Of a stretch of 58,715 nt of DNA, positions 57,523 to 58,715 are shown piece after piece. The stretch comes from an uncultured bacterium (lineage in GTDB: Bacteria > B130-G9). The stretch's first letter is position 1; each line of letters begins with the position of its first letter. The notes beneath the pieces were generated by a model. The model ran no database searches and had not been told where the DNA came from. It saw only the letters and a list, made by a program, of their open reading frames with translations. The DNA is taken from assembly GCA_964480475.1 (NCBI GenBank), contig CAYZPW010000004.1:1-58715 (forward strand), in the 5' to 3' direction. Made by a program: the position numbers and the translations under genes.

Positions 57523-57825
57523 GTGACCCAGATGGTTGAGACTAAATTGGCACAGGAGCGTCGGTTTTTTGACCGCAACATTGCTACTTGGCTGGAGCAG
57601 GAAAGCAATATCGGCAAATGGGCCTTGGTAAAGGGCGATGAGCTAATCGGTATGTATGAGGACTTCGACGAGGCGATCCATATTGGTTTTGAGAAGTTCG
57701 GCCTCTCTTCCTTTCTTGTCTCTCAAATAAGGCGGGAGGCCAATGAGATCACAACGACTGCTCTAATGCTTGACGAGATTCTACGAGATAGTCCGGATGG
57801 ATCCTCCTCGCACATACAGCCCTGA
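57523..57825 (+). CDS. DUF5678-like small protein
   Basis: GKWALVKGDELIG.Y..FDEAI..GFEKFG..SFLV pattern; overlaps the downstream protease gene. Confidence 0.65.
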   Translation: MTQMVETKLAQERRFFDRNIATWLEQESNIGKWALVKGDELIGMYEDFDEAIHIGFEKFGLSSFLVSQIRREANEITTTALMLDEILRDSPDGSSSHIQP

Positions 57826-58329
57826 AGATAGACCATATCTTGACGTGACGGGTCCCGTACGCCAATTCGGACCCCGCATCCCTATTCGCGTGCGACTCCA
57901 TCCAGACCAAGTTAGGGCACTTAAGGCTGAGGGGCAACTAGTCCCCAACGAGAGTCGGAAGATGTTTGCCCTCATCGACACAGGCGCACCGGCACCTGTA
58001 TATGGGATAGCATTGCTCAAGAACTAGGTTTGATAGAGATTGATACAACTACGGTCAGGGGAGCGAGCGAGTCAAGAGATTGCCCTGTTTATTTGGCCAG
58101 CATAGAATTAGGTCCCGCGATTATGCTGCACTGTAGAGTTGTCGGTTTGCCGCCAGGCAAAATGCTTGCCAAATGCCTCTTGGGTTGTGATGTCCTCGAG
58201 TACTTTACATTCATTTATATAGGCCCCCAAGGGCGCTATCTTCTTTATCGAGGCACGCCACCAAATGTACTACAGATACTTCCCGAGCGAAGAGGTTCCC
58301 GTGTTGTGCTAAAGCAGAATGGGGATTGA
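57797..58329 (+). pseudogene. Retropepsin-like (clan AA) aspartyl protease, frameshifted just after the catalytic motif
   Basis: ALIDTGA in one frame; the frame of ORF 58030..58329 continues GTCIWDSIAQELGLIE...LLGCDVL; one base appears missing at 57989-57990. Confidence 0.75.
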
Positions 58330-58675
58330 TACACCATCAACTTGCACGAAGTTGACCACCATGTTCTACACACAACACAATGAATCTCTGCCGAGCGGCC
58401 TCATCCTTGAGCAGAGGGAGCCTATCAAGGATGGGCGGTTCTGGGCTTGATGCATTTGTCGCCGATAGCCACCGGTTCCTCGAGGAGCGAGAGCCGGCTT
58501 TGCGCCCCTCGGCCAGTTCCTTGACGAGAATCGAGCCAACGTAGTCCGGCTACCGAACCACTATCGAATGGGCCTGCGCTACACCCAAGAGGTCAACGTG
58601 AGGCATCTTCGTCACCTGTTATCGCAAGGACTGGCCGTTCCCTAAGGGGGATCGCCGGAGGGCCGCTGTGGGGCT

Positions 58676-58715
58676 TGGGCGATACTGGATTTGAACCAGT
58701 GACCCCCGCCGTGTG
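58676..58715 (-). tRNA. tRNA-Val(CAC), 3' half only (window edge)
   Basis: Minus strand CAC-AC-GGCGG-GGGTC-ACTGG-TTCAAAT-CCAGT-ATCGCCC-A. Confidence 0.85.

Noticed and set aside
57130-58715. Integrative island at the tRNA-Val 3' end
   Set aside because: I saw no integrase and no duplicated tRNA 3' end (att) in the window.

Overview
A 58.7-kb chromosomal window from a moderately GC-rich, probably anaerobic and uncultured bacterium; no taxon can be assigned from sequence alone. Housekeeping genes are trxB, a CoA-disulfide reductase/NADH oxidase, glnA, an Rnf cluster reduced to rnfD-G-E-A, ctpA, an AmmeMemoRadiSam B-A fusion, tRNA-Phe-eno-gpsA, an MMPL transporter, pgeF and a partial tRNA-Val. 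These are interleaved with many large exported proteins. Five unrelated exported proteins share a divergent ~120-aa terminal Ig-like module (four C-terminal, one N-terminal), a candidate lineage-specific sorting or anchoring domain. Two of them lie in a translationally coupled five-gene operon: multiheme cytochrome c, BNR/VPS10 propeller, Ig/Fn3/Kelch lipoprotein, small lipoprotein, GT4. Two tandem ~1.1-kaa PNGase/transglutaminase-fold paralogs carry duplicated choice-of-anchor-X-like tails. Intergenic DNA is dense with repeats: a ~105-bp GTAG REP doublet (5 copies), a ~325-bp MITE-like element (2 copies), further REP families (one inserted in frame in a glycosyltransferase), an IS200/RAYT-like TnpA with a hairpin array, and strand-asymmetric short tandem repeats. 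There are also several toxin-antitoxin-like pairs, an orphan DNA methyltransferase, a start-less helicase fragment, a frameshifted aspartyl protease, a 6S-like RNA candidate and a structured leader. Family names are recalled from motifs by eye, not from database searches.
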